64,000 nt of DNA from NCBI GenBank assembly GCA_950097015.1, contig CATNEN010000001.1, positions 7,502,001-7,566,000 on the forward strand, read 5' to 3'. The position numbers and the translations under genes are program-made. The stretch comes from Macrostomum hystrix. Taxonomy: Eukaryota > Animalia > Platyhelminthes. Each line of letters starts with the position of its first letter. Position 1 is the first letter of the stretch. The notes below the pieces were generated by a model, which had not been told where the DNA came from, made no database searches, and saw only the letters and a program-made list of their open reading frames with translations. Shown here piece by piece: positions 44,156 to 59,000 of the stretch.

Positions 44156-44759
44156 ATACTTAATGATAAACGTATATTACACAAAAATGTATCAGATCTC
44201 ACTGAAATATATCCTGTTTTTTGTTTAAATAAATAACAAATAATTTAAACTCACGTGAACAAGCGCAAAGATGACTGATTGAATTGCCGAATGGCTTGCA
44301 GAAGACATGTACAATCAAAATTAGGGAATTTACTTGTTTTTTTTCAAAGACTAATTTGATCTATTTAGGCGGCACAACGACTTCTGTGCTAGTCAAAGTC
44401 ATCAAGTTTATATATGAAGACTGTCAGATTATACTTTTCGCAAATGCTTGCGTGTCACTATTCATTTGATCCTTTTGGGATATGCATTAACTAAAACGCG
44501 ATGTGAATGTGTCGGTCGTTCACTGAAGTTTCGTTCACTCTCTGACTGTATGCGTCTCATCTTTCTAAAAAAGACATGTCGCAAAGTTGCTGCTGCACGC
44601 GAGAAGACAGCAGGTGAGTAGTTCTGGTACAGTGCTCACCTGTTTTGTGCGGATTTGCTATGAATTTTGGAAAAATGTCCGATTGAAAATGTCAGTGAAA
44701 CTGGCCGCTCTAATTTTAATCATCTCGATTCGAAGGCTACAAAGGCATGCATGTCACTA

Positions 44760-45465
44760 TTGGTTTTGACAATCAATATGAGAAGATGGACAATCAAAAT
44801 GAAGACAGCCATAGATCTGCATGCAGCAGCTCAGCTCAGCTTCGCAGCAGCTGCGGCTTAGGCCACAGACTTTTGACGATCGAAATGATAATTGGACAAT
44901 CAAAATGGCAACGCTCGGCTAGTGTAGCGAGGCAGCACCATGGAGGAAAGAATAGAATGGCACACCGGTCAAGGACGCAGCAATAATCCTTCAGCTGTCA
45001 AATTCAACTGCTCATCGCATCGTGATGAGCAGTACAGGAATGAGGGAAGGATGGACGGTATGCCTCGTGGAGGCCGAAAAGAAGCAAGGTGCAAGGTGGA
45101 TGAGGAGATTCGTGAATTTCTGGAAGCAGAGGTGAACCGCAACCCGTTCCTCACCCTGAGCGAGATGGCACAGCGGGTCAACAACCATTTCCCCGACAAA
45201 CTGGACATCTCGTACAGAACTGTGGACAGAATTCTACAGGAGTTCTGAACCCATGCTGCTGTTAAAATTTAAATGTTAAATTTTCGTTCAAATAAACGTG
45301 CATACTGCTCCCGTTGCCAGTTTGATTGTCCAATTATCATTTCGATCGTCAAAAGTCTGTGGCCTAAGCCGCAGCTGCTGCGAAGCTGAGCTGAGCTGCT
45401 GCATGCAGATCTATGGCTGTCTTCATTTTGATTGTCCATCTTCTCATATTGATTGTCAAAACCAA
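44760..45465 (+). mobile_element. Tc1/mariner (IS630-like) internal-deletion derivative, 706 bp
   Basis: 154-bp near-identical TIRs (44760-44913 and 45312-45465), TA on both flanks, and an internal transposase HTH remnant. Confidence 0.88.
44940..45248 (+). pseudogene. Truncated Tc1/IS630 transposase (AT-hook/HTH region only)
   Basis: PRGGRKEARCKVDEEIREFLEAEVNRNPFLTLSEMAQRV...ISYRTVDRIL; no DDE domain. Confidence 0.75.
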
Positions 45466-47935
45466 TATATATAGTTGTTTCCTCAGTCGGCAAAAGCTAT
45501 CACGTCTGCTCACATTTTTCTAACAATGCTTTTGGACAATTACGTCTGCAAGTACTACTGCTGCTGCAAATGATAAGGAGTGTGTGTGGAGTTTGAAGCC
45601 CAGTAGAACTTAATTGGAAATCTGAAGTAAGGAGGTCCTGAGTTCGTATCCCAGCTTAAGAGATGCTATTTGTATCTGAAGCAAGACAATTAAGTCAACT
45701 ATTTCCTAGTGCATCCTTTCACCCAGCTGTAAAAATTGATACCAGCATTGGTACCAGCAAGGACAAAATGCAGCTGTACATGTGTTGGTGCATGCCCTTT
45801 TATCTATCTGTCTAAAACCCATCTGATTGCAATGAGAATAACAAAGCAGAGTACAGTATTTTATCAAGTAAATAGGAAACATTTATAACATAAAATGTGT
45901 GAGCATTTTTATCTCAGTATATATTCAATAAAAATTGTATTTAATTCATAATCAGATCAGTTATCAATAACAGATAGAACTGAACATAGCTTTATTGTAC
46001 CTCATTTTAATTCGGCGCTGATAATATATGCATATGGGGGTGGCTTGTGTGCTTTTTACTCATTACTTTAGCGTGCGTATATGCTGTGTACTTTTTAATG
46101 CCTGCTTTTCAAACAAACAAACAACCAAACAAACAAGCAAAAAAGTAAGAAATAAACAAACAAAAGCAAAGAAAGCAAGCAACGAAAACATGTTAAGTTC
46201 AAATTACACATTTTAATTTACTTCATATATACGTGATTTTGAGTAAAACAAATTGTCCAATTGTTACAATTGCATCTAATCGTATTTTTTCGATAATTAT
46301 CAATTCAGTAGAGTAAATTCATTCATTAAAAAAAACTTCAAGCCTATATAGCATATATCGAGATATGACTGGGAGATAAAAAGTTGCAGCATTATAGCAA
46401 TTGTTTGACTAATGTCCAAAAACTGCTTTGATAAAAAATGATCACAGACTACAACGTGACGAAATATTATAATTAAGTGCCTTATAAAATTGCGCTAGTT
46501 AAATATAGTGTGTACATGTATTTATGGCATACATAGCACAGAATTTGTCAAGACAAGCATTCGATCTTCTTGCCTCATAACTAAATATTTTAATTAATAT
46601 AATTAATAAAGGGATCTGTATGAAAACGACTATCTAAATAATTTTACTTACTTTCTTAAATTATAAAAACTACTTCTAAAGTGTTGGTTATTCAGAGAGC
46701 TTTGAAGCATTGAAGATCAAGAATGACAAGATACAGTATTTGTAGGTAAGTATTGTGTATTCGATAATATAAAGTATATATATACAGGGAGAAAGCAATA
46801 GCCAGCAATAGCTAGCACGCGCTCTACTTTAAGCTGGCCACTACACGCAACGTAAATATAATATTGATTTTGAAAAACAATTATTGTAAAATTCAATATT
46901 TCGTTTGAGTGAATGCCATTCAAGCTACTCGCCAGTAGAGTGTTTAGCGCATGCACTAAATTGGTTTTATAGAGAAAAGAGAAGAGAAAAGGATTATGCA
47001 AAATAGAAGCGATTTAATACCAGGTTAAATTAACGATTAACGTTTAAAATTTTGAACAAGATCAAATTTTTGTAGCGACATCGTTCAGCATTCAGCGAGG
47101 CAGCAATAGTGTTTCAATTTGACATGAACAGCTAATAATGTGTAGCACACTGTTTAAATAGATTAAGACAGGTCATTGCTGTTTGAGCAAGCATTGTGAG
47201 GCTGCTACGATATCCTAATATTTAGTTGCTTCGACTATGATAGTTTTGTAGGCCAACCAGACAGAGATGATAAATAGGCTTTGGAGTCGTTTGACAGCTA
47301 GCTACTATATATCAATTGAAATTTACTTAGCTTTTTTATACTCTTGCAGTCTATTGCGCATCAATTTTTGCTTCAAAAAGCCAGGGGCTGTGGTTCATAC
47401 AAAGCCGAGAATACCCTCGGCTAGTCTGACCTAGCCTGAGCTTCAGCTGAGACTGGCCATCCGAAAATAGTCAGAATCAGGCAGGCGTGATGGAAAAAAG
47501 AAGGAATATATCTGACTATAGATCGACGCGAGTGGAGGGATAGAGGGTCTGGGGGAGTTAACTTCTCTGCCATCTCACCATGGCCTGACCGATTCCCGTT
47601 TTAGTCCTAATGCATTTGCATATTCGCAATTTGCAATTTATTGAAGCGCAACTGTCTGTCGCGCAGATGTGGTGGGAGGAGGGGTCCTAGCCTGGCCTTG
47701 CCCCCCCGGATTAATCAGTGAGAGAGGAGACCGGGAGAGACTGGGCAGCCAGATAGCAGCAAATCCTCTTTAGCCTTTCTTTCTTTTCCTTCTTTTAAAG
47801 CCGTCCTTGCCTCCCCGGAGGCCGAAAAACTGTCAGGATTGAAGGAGGTCAGCTGGCTTGGCCTAGGGGGGGGCATTTGCAAAGATGGGGACTGAAGGCG
47901 AGGGCGCCTAAGGAAAATTTGCTCCTCCCACCGTC

Positions 47936-48372
47936 TCAACTGTCGCCCTCAGTTCTGAGCAGTTTGTACCAGCCTTGCACGGCCTTCTTGGAGTTTTTAG
48001 GCACGCTCTCGATGTCCTCCAGAAAGATGACAGCCTCACCGATGCGTCTGTCGTTTTTAAGTCCCACCTTGCAGGCCCAGAGACCCAGCTGAAGCAGCAT
48101 GCCGTCTAGTCTAGAGCTGAAGACGAAAGTTTCAGCAAATGTGGCGCCGTCACTCATGTACTTTTGCACCTTGGTGCGGCGTTTCATTGCTTTGGAAAGA
48201 AACTGATCGCCATAGAGGAGGCAGAGCTTGCAAAAAATGTCAGTGATTGGCTGCCCGCCAGGTATAAGGTTGCGGCACTGCTTTACTGTCACCTGGAGAT
48301 TGCTTTCACCGGCAATTTTGCGCAGGATCAGGTATAGCTCCCCAGCCACTAAGCTGTCGTCGGGAAGGTCGC
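47936..48372 (-). CDS. Terminal C2B-domain exon of the Piccolo-like gene
   Basis: GELYLIL...VTVKQCRNL...KRRTK...FAETFVF...IGEAVIFLE...GWYKL. Confidence 0.88.
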
Positions 48373-51300
48373 CTGAAAAGAAGAGAAAAAGTGGTTTCTG
48401 CTAGATGTGAAACTTTCTAGGCTTCTTTTTTTACGAAAAGGCCATTTGTGACGACTCTACTCTCTCGTACCAATCTCGGAGACAAATTTAATTTTCGACA
48501 GGGATTTTTGTCTATAAATTAAAACTCTTTGAAACACTTTATCATAAAAGTAAAAATAGACCTGGTACATGCAGAGAAATGACACTAAACCTATCTGGCC
48601 GGAAGGACAGCAAGTGGTACAGCTGCAGCTTCTGATAACAGCTGTTATCGAAAAGCAGCAAACAGCTGTTCAGTCCATGGACTAAGGTCCGCCGGCGCCT
48701 GGACCCTCGCATATTTCTAAGCCCAGTTGTCATTATCGGGCTGTGTACACTCTCACTATACTCGTACCGTTAAGGGCGTTGACTGCACGACTAGCTCCCT
48801 AAAGCCTTCTCTCTGCGTCTGCGCCCCATATGAAAGTGGCCTCGCCACGGAGTCGAGCTCCTTGGTGCGAGCTACTACCACTCACTGCCAATTATATAAC
48901 ACAAATAATACACAGGTTTATTTTACACGTTGCTTTAGAAGAAGATAAATGCGTAAAAAAGCAGTTCTGACCTCCTCTCTCAGTCTTCAACTCGTCGTTC
49001 ATCAGCAAGAGCTGACCAGGTCCAAGCCAACGGCGCACCACTTCTCGTTGGTCCTCGGTCAGGAAGTCGGTATTGACGCTGGAAGAGTTGCTAGATTTGC
49101 TTTCAACTGTATCGCATCTAGTCAGCATCCACTGCTGTTGCTGTTGTTGCTGCTGCTGTTTCTCTTGGCCTGTCCAATGTCCCGCTGTAGAGTTTCCCGC
49201 TGTAAGTGAAAGTAAAAGTTGCACAAAATGATTGGAAAAGCTTTCTTGTTAGTTCACGCTAGCATTAATCCGGCTCTGGCTCAAAGCATGACTTTTATAC
49301 TCGAAGGCTTTGGCTAGCATATGTTAGTCTCTCGAAAATTTCTCGAGTCATTAACTCTTTAACTACGGACTTAGCATAGCAGAAGTTTCGAATCCACGGT
49401 GAGATCACAGTAATTCGAGGTAGAGCTTCGGAGCGAAGGCTTGAGGCCTTTAGGTTAGAAGTTTAATCAATGCTGCTTCGAGTCGAGGCTGAGTTTTCTC
49501 TCATTTCTAAAGTACGAAGGACGACTAAAGTAACGCATTCGAGAACTCGTGTTTTACGAGTGTAAGAAAATGTTCGTAAACAATTCATTCAAACTCACTC
49601 TGATGTTGTTGCTGTTGATGTTTCTGATGCTGCTGCTGTAGAGTCAAGTCCTCTGTCACCTGGATCTTTGGCACAGGGTTGTAGCCGCTCGAATCAAACG
49701 CCTCTAAAATGCATTCGACGCGTGGGTGGAACCGACGGAGAAAGCAGCGAAATGAGACGCTAAAGATGGATGAACTCAAACGCGTCTCAATTTAATTAAT
49801 GGCAATAAATTTTTCTCAACAGGTGAGAAAATCCAAATATTTAGAATGTTTTACAGACTATTCGTTTAGCAAATTTTTCTGATGGCATTCTATTGATAAG
49901 TTTAGAAATTAAAGAAAACATTTGAAGGTCAGTCAGCTACTCGGGTTTCAAGTAAGATTTGTCTTCCGTGGATTTGAGAGACAATGCGTTATGCAAGGTC
50001 AGTTGTAAAACTTCCGGGTTTCGTTTGTTGAATTTCGTTGCGAGAAAAAAATCAAAGCATTTAAATGCCAAGCTGTTAAGTATTTGACTTTAATTCTGGA
50101 ATATATGAAGATGCCCCTGATAAAATAGATCGAATGAAGCGTTTGAAAGGTCTTGATTGATTAATTTGTACATCGGTTTTTAGTTTTTTGTTAGAATGAA
50201 ACAGTTGCTCTGGGTTTGGTTATATTGCATTTGCATCTACATATTAATTAATGATGATACATAAATTTTATAATAAATCAAAAAGGTTATCGGGCAGGTG
50301 TTATGATCTAATGGGTCTTTCTTAACCAGAATCTGTGGATACCAAACCGATTAATTGTAACCAATTTTAAGTAACGTAGAAAAGAGAAAAATGACAAACT
50401 GTTTTGTTATGACTGAGAAACTAGCATGTGAATAAAACGCCACTAGATACCGCTTCTTAGTAATCTAGACATTGTCAAGTTTATCTTAGGCTGAGCGCCA
50501 GAACTTTAATACTATGAAGTTCTGTTAGCGGTCTTACCGAATTGAACTCTATTTGAAACTTGTGTTATTGTTCTGCTCAAATTTCTTTGAGTCCAATCAA
50601 AAAGCAGATCCATGTTGTTGAGAGCCTGGGTGAATAATTATGATATACACGGTATTGTTGTTGGCAAATTAAACGGGACACACCATCACAGCAAAAAAAC
50701 TGGTTAGGCAAGAAAAATGGCTTATCTTGTGTTAGAATTAAGTGAATGAAAAAATGAAGTTTAGCTCAACATGCAACAAACAACTTAGGGTATAAATGTA
50801 TCAAATATTTGCAACCGTAAAATGTAAATTAGTGCAATCAATAAAAACTGGTACCGTGAAGTCACATTTTAGAAGGAATTATAATTTGGGGATATGTCTT
50901 TAATCATAGGCAGCTTTGGGTTCCAAACGTGAGGCAACCACCATGCAGTGAATGCGGGCAGACGCTCACACAAACACACATTAATTCTTAGTCCTCCTCA
51001 TTATGGCTTCCAGTTATTTCGTAAATTTTGGCACGTATACGATTGGATGCGATTCGCGTTTTTAAGCATGTTTTGTGAGTGCCGCCAAATTCCCTGAGCC
51101 CATAAATATGGGGTGGAGTCATGTAGAGAAGACTTATAGAAGGATTATCATAAAAATTACGTCAGTGAAGGCCAACAATGTACAGTGAGAGTGTACAAGG
51201 GGCCGGTGGCAGAGCGGTTAACGCTTTTGCCTCTCGCACCAAGGTCCCTAAGTTCGATTCCACGGCGAGGCCGCATTTATTTGGGGCGCAGCCGCGGAAA

Positions 51301-54300
51301 GAAAACATTGGGGGCTTTTCATGCAATTTACGCCCCTGAGGGCCAACCTCCAAGGCACAGTGAAGTGTAAACTGCCTGGCGATGAGAAAGTCAGGGCAGA
51401 TGTACACACCTGAGTGCGTGTGTGCTCAGGAGTCAGCGAAATGAGCAGAATTGCCTCCTCGCTGGCTGTGGGTCTAGTGTCGTAAAAAATTACGACAAAC
51501 ACTCTTGCAAATGCTCGAAAATGCACATAGTCCTCCATAGATTATCAAGACTAAAAAACATATAGCAAAGCGTTTTGCATTCCAAGAAGTGAAATTTCAC
51601 TGACAGCTTCGAGTAATATTTTCAGAGTTTATCAACGCTAATGGTTTTGCAGTTTCGCATAAGTAGTTGGAGCCACAGCAAAATTAGTTAAAGAATGATG
51701 CTTCGGATCAAGCAGCAGGAACTCCACTGGTGTGTGGTCTTACCAGAGAAAAAATTCACCGCTCACTTGCAGAAAGCTGTTTGGCATTCAAGGCGTCACT
51801 TTAGCTTATTTTGAGCTGCAGGTGTGTTTTTTGTTTTTGTTTGTTTAAGTGCGTTCCAGTGACTAGACAATACTTCACAAGATGACAACTTTGCTCGAGC
51901 GAACACCTATCAGCAAGAATAACAGCAATGGAGTACAAACTTAATTTAAAGATTTTTCTAACCAATTCAACATCGAAAGACAAACAAAATCAAATTGGGA
52001 GAGATAACAAACCTCTCGATGATGAATATCAACAACAATGACAACAACATTGGCCTTATTAAAAATGATCAATTTTTAAAGAGTGCATTAGCTTGTTACG
52101 AACTAAAATTTTCTGATTTTGTAATCAGTCGTGTTTTTTTATTAATTTCAAACTATCTGCCTGTCATTAGATTCCTCGTGACTTCAGATTCCGAATTTAT
52201 ATTTCTTTGAATGACGAGCTAGATAAGTTAATGCATCAATTTTAAGCACGACCAATGGTCAAAATCAAAGTTAAGCTTTAAACCCTGTTCTTCACAGTTA
52301 TTATTCAAACAAAAATAGAAAAAGGGAATATAATAATACTATTAATATAGTATGATATAAAGCGACTAGTTTTCTAGTTTAAGCGCTACTTCTGAAAGCA
52401 ATATTAAAGAAATTTGACACAGCATGACATGACTTAACGATGAAAATACTGCGAAACGTGTAACAGGAGTATGAAAAACAACTAGATCCTATAAACTAAA
52501 CTATTGTATAGCAAATAGAAGTAGGTCGTGCATTTCGTATCGAAAATTCTGTGTTGGAATGAAAAGACCAGTTACAACAAGACAAGATCGAATTGCAAAT
52601 CATAAGTGCATATTCAAGAAATTGACACTCACCTCTGGAATTTCCCTGTCGACTATGCTGGCTGTCCTTCTGCAATTGTCGCCCACTGTGATTTTCCTGT
52701 GTCATGGGAAAATATCGGGAATGAATTAAAGGATTGTGTTCATTGTTTTCCGGTGTGAAGGTTTAATAGGAGGCTTGGTATCGTACTTATATATTTATTT
52801 TATTAGCATACAGTGTAACTGAGACTTTACTGTCAGCTAATTCGTAATTTTTCCTGTGTGACTATATAATTTTTCTTGAGTTTGTTGTCAAGTCTTTGGT
52901 CGAGTTCATGGTCTAGTCTTTGGTCGAGTTCATGGTCTAGTCTTTGGTCGAGTTCATGGTCTAGTCTTTGGTCAATTTCATGGTCTAGTCTTTGGTCGAG
53001 TTCATGGTCTAGTCTTTGGTCAATTTCATGGTCTAGTCTTTGGTCGAGTTCATGGTCAAGTCTTTGGTCGAGTTCATGGTCTAGTCTTTGGTCGAGTTCA
53101 TGGTCTAGTCTTTGGTCAATTTCATGGTCAAGTCTTTGGTCAATTTCATGGTCAAGTCTTTGGTCTAGAAATGACTAATTTCTGGCCGAGTAAATTGTGT
53201 AATCCAGCTTGACTTAATGGTGTGTCTCATCTTTCACGAGGTAAATATTGAGCATAGAATAAATATTGCACAAGAGCCAAGTAAAATATCTGGAAATCCT
53301 CACTGTGGATGGTCTGTGAAATTAGAGCGAAACGAAGACTCAATTATCGTCCTAATGGGTTTTTAAAACTGCCGATTATCTATTCTTGCTTAGTGCACAA
53401 GAGACAGCCGCAGTACATAAGCCCAGGTCCTAAGCAGAGCAATTATACTGCTTCGCAATGTCTAGCCTCCCATCCGGGATGGATCGAAGCATTCCAGCAG
53501 CACAAAGACAGCTCAACTAAGCTCAGCTAAAGCTGATCAAAAGCTTGCAAAGACAAGGAAATCCGATGTCAGATTCTCTGCAGCCGAGACATAAAAGAGG
53601 TGAGTCGCTGCTTTGTGTGCCTCCTATCATTTCTCTCCATCCTTCCTGCTTCAGTGATCCGCGCATTACTTCAAGTCTGGTCTGGTCTCTGTTGTCTTGT
53701 TCAGAGTTCATTTTGCTTGCAGTGAATCCTACAGAGCGATTGCGACTAGCTCTTGTCGCTTTTTTGCATCTCTTTAAAGACTACAATTCCTGGCTAGGCA
53801 ATTGTTTAGTGTGGCTAATGAGACACGGAAAGCGTCCTTATTAGCTGTAGGAAATAGAAAGACAAAGATGTAAAGAGAGTGCAGGAGAAACGAAAGTTTT
53901 AAGTCATTGTTGCGCCACAGCATGTCACGATATGCCTCAAGAAATGTTTTCCTACATTTTTAGACGCTTTTTGGTCGTTTACTGAGTCATTTACTGAGCA
54001 GCGCTCATATTTGAAATAATATATTCACAAAAAACTGGTCTATTTCCGATCACATTTACATCCTTTCTTCACACTGAATAACTTTCCAATACCCCACAAT
54101 AGACATCCTGCCCTGCCCCGTCCAATACCCTACACTCCTGCAGTGTATTACCTGCCCCGCCCGTGTAAACACCTGTGCATCCGTTTCGCGATGCTTCAGA
54201 ATGCTTCGCGGTGCTTCAGTACAGAAGTTTCGCGAATTAAGGTCACTACACATCCAGTGTTTCTCACCTTGCTAGAAGACGAGTGCCCTGTTGCACCCTG

Positions 54301-55988
54301 CTGCGCAGCGTTGGAACCGCCGGCGAGTTGAGGCGGTGTTGGCATTTCCTTCTCGTGAGAGTACAATGTGAACCAGTGCAGCTTGTTGTCCAGTACTTTG
54401 CGCTCTGTTGGTGTCCGATTTGAATTGGGGAATTCAAAATGTTGTTGCAATTCGTAAGTTTTTACAGTTATTGGTGGCTATGAATATCGTTCAAGAGTAT
54501 ACATATCTCCTTTAACGGAATCGTCTGCCCACAAAGTTAGCCTACAAAAAACCCAATTTAAAAGCATTACTCTCTCTTTCGATAACAAATTGCGAAAAAA
54601 TATGAAATAATTGGTCGATCAAAGCAAGGCTCTCGGCTCGGTAAAGTACACATCTAATGGTTAACACTACACTAGATACTATTCATAGTTTTGATCGAAT
54701 ACTAAGAAAACTAACCAGTTGAAGTCTAAATGGGTTATACTGCATACGTTTTTACGAAACAATAAGCTCATAACAAATAAACAAACTAAATAGAAAATAC
54801 GCAAGCATTGGTTTTTGCAGGTGTGTGTGTACCAGCTTACTTGACTGGAGGCTACAAAAAATGTTGATTGTTTGATCATTTTTCTACGTCATACGTTAAG
54901 TGCCATTGTGCAAAGAGTTTAGAAAAAATCTCAGATAGAAAGTAAAGCCAACTTATAGTTTGTGCATGCATATTGCTACAAATGCAAAAGGAAATGAAAT
55001 TACAGTGCTTGTTGATCTCATTGCTCAGGTTTAGTTTGCTAGCTTGTTTGTTTTATCGCTTGAGTTGTGTCCTTTAAGAATTGCATCGTGGTATTCAACT
55101 AGAAACTAGACTATAGCAACTAATGCAACATACAAACAGTCGCCTGAAAGGTAAATGTAAGATTGCTAGGCGATTAAGAAGTTCAAGAAAGAAAGCGAGA
55201 CTAGATTAGGATTTGCGCACAAAAGGCATCCAAGAGTCACGGATAGAAAGGCAACAAAAGAAAGTAGAGAACACTGAATGTTTTGGCTTTGGTTTTTCGC
55301 TCATCCATCAGCTTCTAGACACTCTAGACATTTCTACCTAGCCGAACTGCGCATCGGCCCATGAAATCGTTGGTCTTCAGCCGGTCGTAGTCCCAAACCG
55401 ACACGTCGAGCCAGCGACGCCGCAGTTCCTTTTTTGGCACGTCCATGAACACCACAGTCTGCTGCCAGTCAGGCTCCAGCGTGTTGGACATGTACTTCGT
55501 CTGGCGAATGAGGTCCTGACTGGAATCGGATTTCATCGAGTTTTATCAAATAATCGCCTAATTTGATCTTGTTTTATTAAAAAGCGTCTAGTTTGATCTA
55601 ACTTTATCAAAAGGCGTCTAATTTGATTTAATTTTATCAAGTAAGCGCTTACCTTTCGTTGGGATCAGGCATCAATCGAATCTTTACAAACGGATCGGCA
55701 AGACCGTTAAGGTCCATTGGCTGCAGGCCACGCGCCTGGGACACGTGAACCGTTAGACTCGAGTCATACTCGTCAAACTGAAGCTGAAGCGCTATCTCGC
55801 CGGCCATTTGCCAGTGCGGATCCCCAGGTTCATGTGGCGGCGGCAGCATCACCCCGGCACCGAGACTAGATGAACCAGCGGCAGCCCCTGCGACGGATTG
55901 ATGCTGCTGATGATGATGATGGCTGCCACTGGGTTGCTGCTCTGTATGATGAATTTGACCTTGGTGACTTTGGAGTTGCTGCATTTGA

Positions 55989-56025
<37 letters not shown>

Positions 56026-59000
56026 TATTTTGATTTGGTTGTTGCACCTGCTGCTGTTGATGCTGCTGAAGCTGCTGCTGGTGCGGCATTTGTGATGGCG
56101 AACTGTGTGGTGCTGACGTTGCTAGTGATGCAAATGGGTCCGACTGCATCGATGTGGCAGTGCGCAAGTCCTGCTGTGGGTGGTGGTGCTGCTGCTGCTG
56201 TTGCTGTGTTTGCTGTTGCATCTGGTGCAGCTGTTGTCCTGATGCGTAACGTTGGAATGGAAAATCTGATGTGTCGGCTGGGACACCAGCTGCACCATCG
56301 AATGGGGTCTTTTGAAAACCCATTGAAGCCCCTTAAAACGTTGTTTTTGAGGTTCCATAGAAATCCAAGTTGTCAATTCATTCTTAAATATTTATAATTC
56401 CATGCTAGTCAGTTTAGTCTTACTTGCGCTAGTCGGACTAGATGGCATTGGCGGACTGCCACTCGTGTCGAAGCCGGGGGTTGAGGTCAACTTGCCGCGC
56501 TGATAGTTCGACTGAGGCTGCTGCTGTTGCTGTTGCTGCTGCTGCTGCTGCTGCTGCTGATAAATCATGGATGGGTCTGATTGTCCGACCAAGTTGTGCT
56601 TAGTTCTTGTTGTTTGTGGATTAGCAGACGTTCTCTGCCGCATGCTGTCGCTGATCTGGTTGAAGAGATCTGTTTGCAATGATTGTGCGCAGTGACGTTT
56701 TAGGTAGCAAGCTTTTCTGAGTCTACTTAAACTTATCTTAACAACGTGATCTTCGTTTTGTGAGCATTAAGGGTCGAGAAAAAGTTCTTATTATGCAACT
56801 ATTATTGATAGAGGAAATATGCAAGCTTGATTCTTAATTACAAGCTATGAAAAAAATATCATGAGAAAATATCAGCAACACTGATTGATGTCTCTTATGA
56901 AATAAAATCTTATAGGTTTTTTCTCACGATTTTAGATGAAATTCTGCAAATATGTGACCCAATATTTTCCTTGTCACAACAATTCATTACAACAGAAGAA
57001 CGATTTCGACTTATATTGTGTGGTTATTTCAGGCGCGGAAGAGGCGTACACATTGTGGATAATGAATTGAATTGACTAATTCAGGTTAGAATAGGCTAGT
57101 GAGTATTTCATTTTCTATGACCAATATTTTTCATCTTATCTGGTTAGTACTTCAAAGTGCATAATTTCATCAGTTTAATGGCAAAATCGCACTTTATTAA
57201 TATTGACAATATTTCACAACGATAATGAATGACAGTTATATCAACGCAGGATAATTCAAATGGAGATATAAATAACGAATTGCCGAAATGAGAAAAATAA
57301 ACAAACAAGCAAACAAACAAAACACTAAAAACAAAGTGGTTACACATGAAAACATCAACTACTCGTAGGCCAAGATATTTGGCTTTCCAATTAAGAATAT
57401 GACCGATGAGAATTGTTGCTAGTTTTTGAAAGCTTAACTAACTTTGGTCTCAGTACAATGCTTACTTGTACCGATGAAATTCAAAAGCATTGCCTTTTAG
57501 CCCTGTATTAGTGCTCTAACGCCTTTTAGCTCATATTAAATCGCTTTGACTTTAAAATTAAATTTAAATTCCGAGTAAAAATTAGCTTCAAAAGATCACA
57601 GCGATAATATAATATTATTATGTTATTTGAACAAGAGATTGGGATATATAGTGAAAGCAACATTGTGCAGCACTAACAGCTTGATGTCAGCTCCAGATCT
57701 GAAATTAATGGGGTAGTGGAGACAATTTTTAACTAGCAAATGCATGCTAACTCTTGTCTGAATATCTCTAAAATTACTGTTCGTTGTTAACCGTCTTTGT
57801 TGTTTAGTTTATTTTAGCTCGCCTGTGCTAAGAATGTCTTCTGTTTTTTGTTTTAAACTGAAAAAGTAATTAAACAAATTATAAATGCAAACAAGTAATG
57901 AAAATGCACGGCATCTCAAATGAAATGAGACTTTCTAAAGACACAGATCGAGAGCTTCAAATCGGCACATCAAACACATACACGCGAGATAAACCAGACT
58001 TGAAAGCGACCACTTGTTTGTCTGTATTCCAAAATTTAAGCGTGTATTCAAAAGAAAATTAAAAGTGAGAGAAAATGAAAATGAACGTAATTTGTTTAAA
58101 AAAATAAACTCAATTCACCGTCTTTGAAAGAACTGGGACCATTTGTTTATGGGTAATTCGATGCACAATTTGCAGAGGTGTAGACATTTAATTTCAGTAC
58201 CTTATAATACATTTTCTATACCTTTTGCATGCAAATAATTGTTTAAAAAAGTTTTCTTTAAAGAGAGAGTAACGCTATGCTTTCCCCATTGTTACTAATA
58301 AATAATAGATAATACCCTCAGCTTAAATAATAGACACTACGCAGTCAAGGGCTATTCACGTTTTATACCTATTGCATGTTATTTCACATAATTTTACTAT
58401 TTCTTATAGACTTCAGAGCCAGCTGAGTACATTTCAAATTGAGCAAAGTCTAATGGTGAAACAAAGAGATTAACAAGAGAGATTATCATACCTGGATTAT
58501 CGTTGTAGTGGACATTGTCGTAAGCTGACACTAGGCTCGGCATTTGACCTCGTCTGGACAGTGAAGCCGCCGCCGACGCCGCTGCTGATGTAGCTCCAGC
58601 CTGAGATGAGGCTGCGAAGGTCCCGGCCGTTCTAAGCAGGTCTGGCGGACACGGCCTATTTGGAAATCAATCATCGATGGGTTTTGGTGGTGAATGAAAC
58701 AGCGAATTGGCTTTTGTCTGTAGTGCGATTACATTTTCGAGACACAGAGCGATTTTAGCAAGAAAGCTCACAATCGAACAACCACTTCGATTTCGTCCGT
58801 GTCAGCAGACGTGGCTAAAATTCTTTGAACTTCTTCGTAGCTTCGCTCCATGAGGCAGCAGCCGTTCCATTCAACGATTTCGTCGCCGTCTTTGATGTCG
58901 GCGCGCAGTTTGTCGCACACCGAGCCTGCGATGATCTCCTTGACGAAGGCGCCCTGATGACCGTCAGGGCAGATGCTTCCGCCAACTATGATTAGACCGA

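Noticed and set aside
53500-53850. Possible extra or alternative terminal exon of the Piccolo-like gene
   Set aside because: Candidate acceptors are out of phase with the preceding exon or hit early stops; cannot be supported without RNA data.
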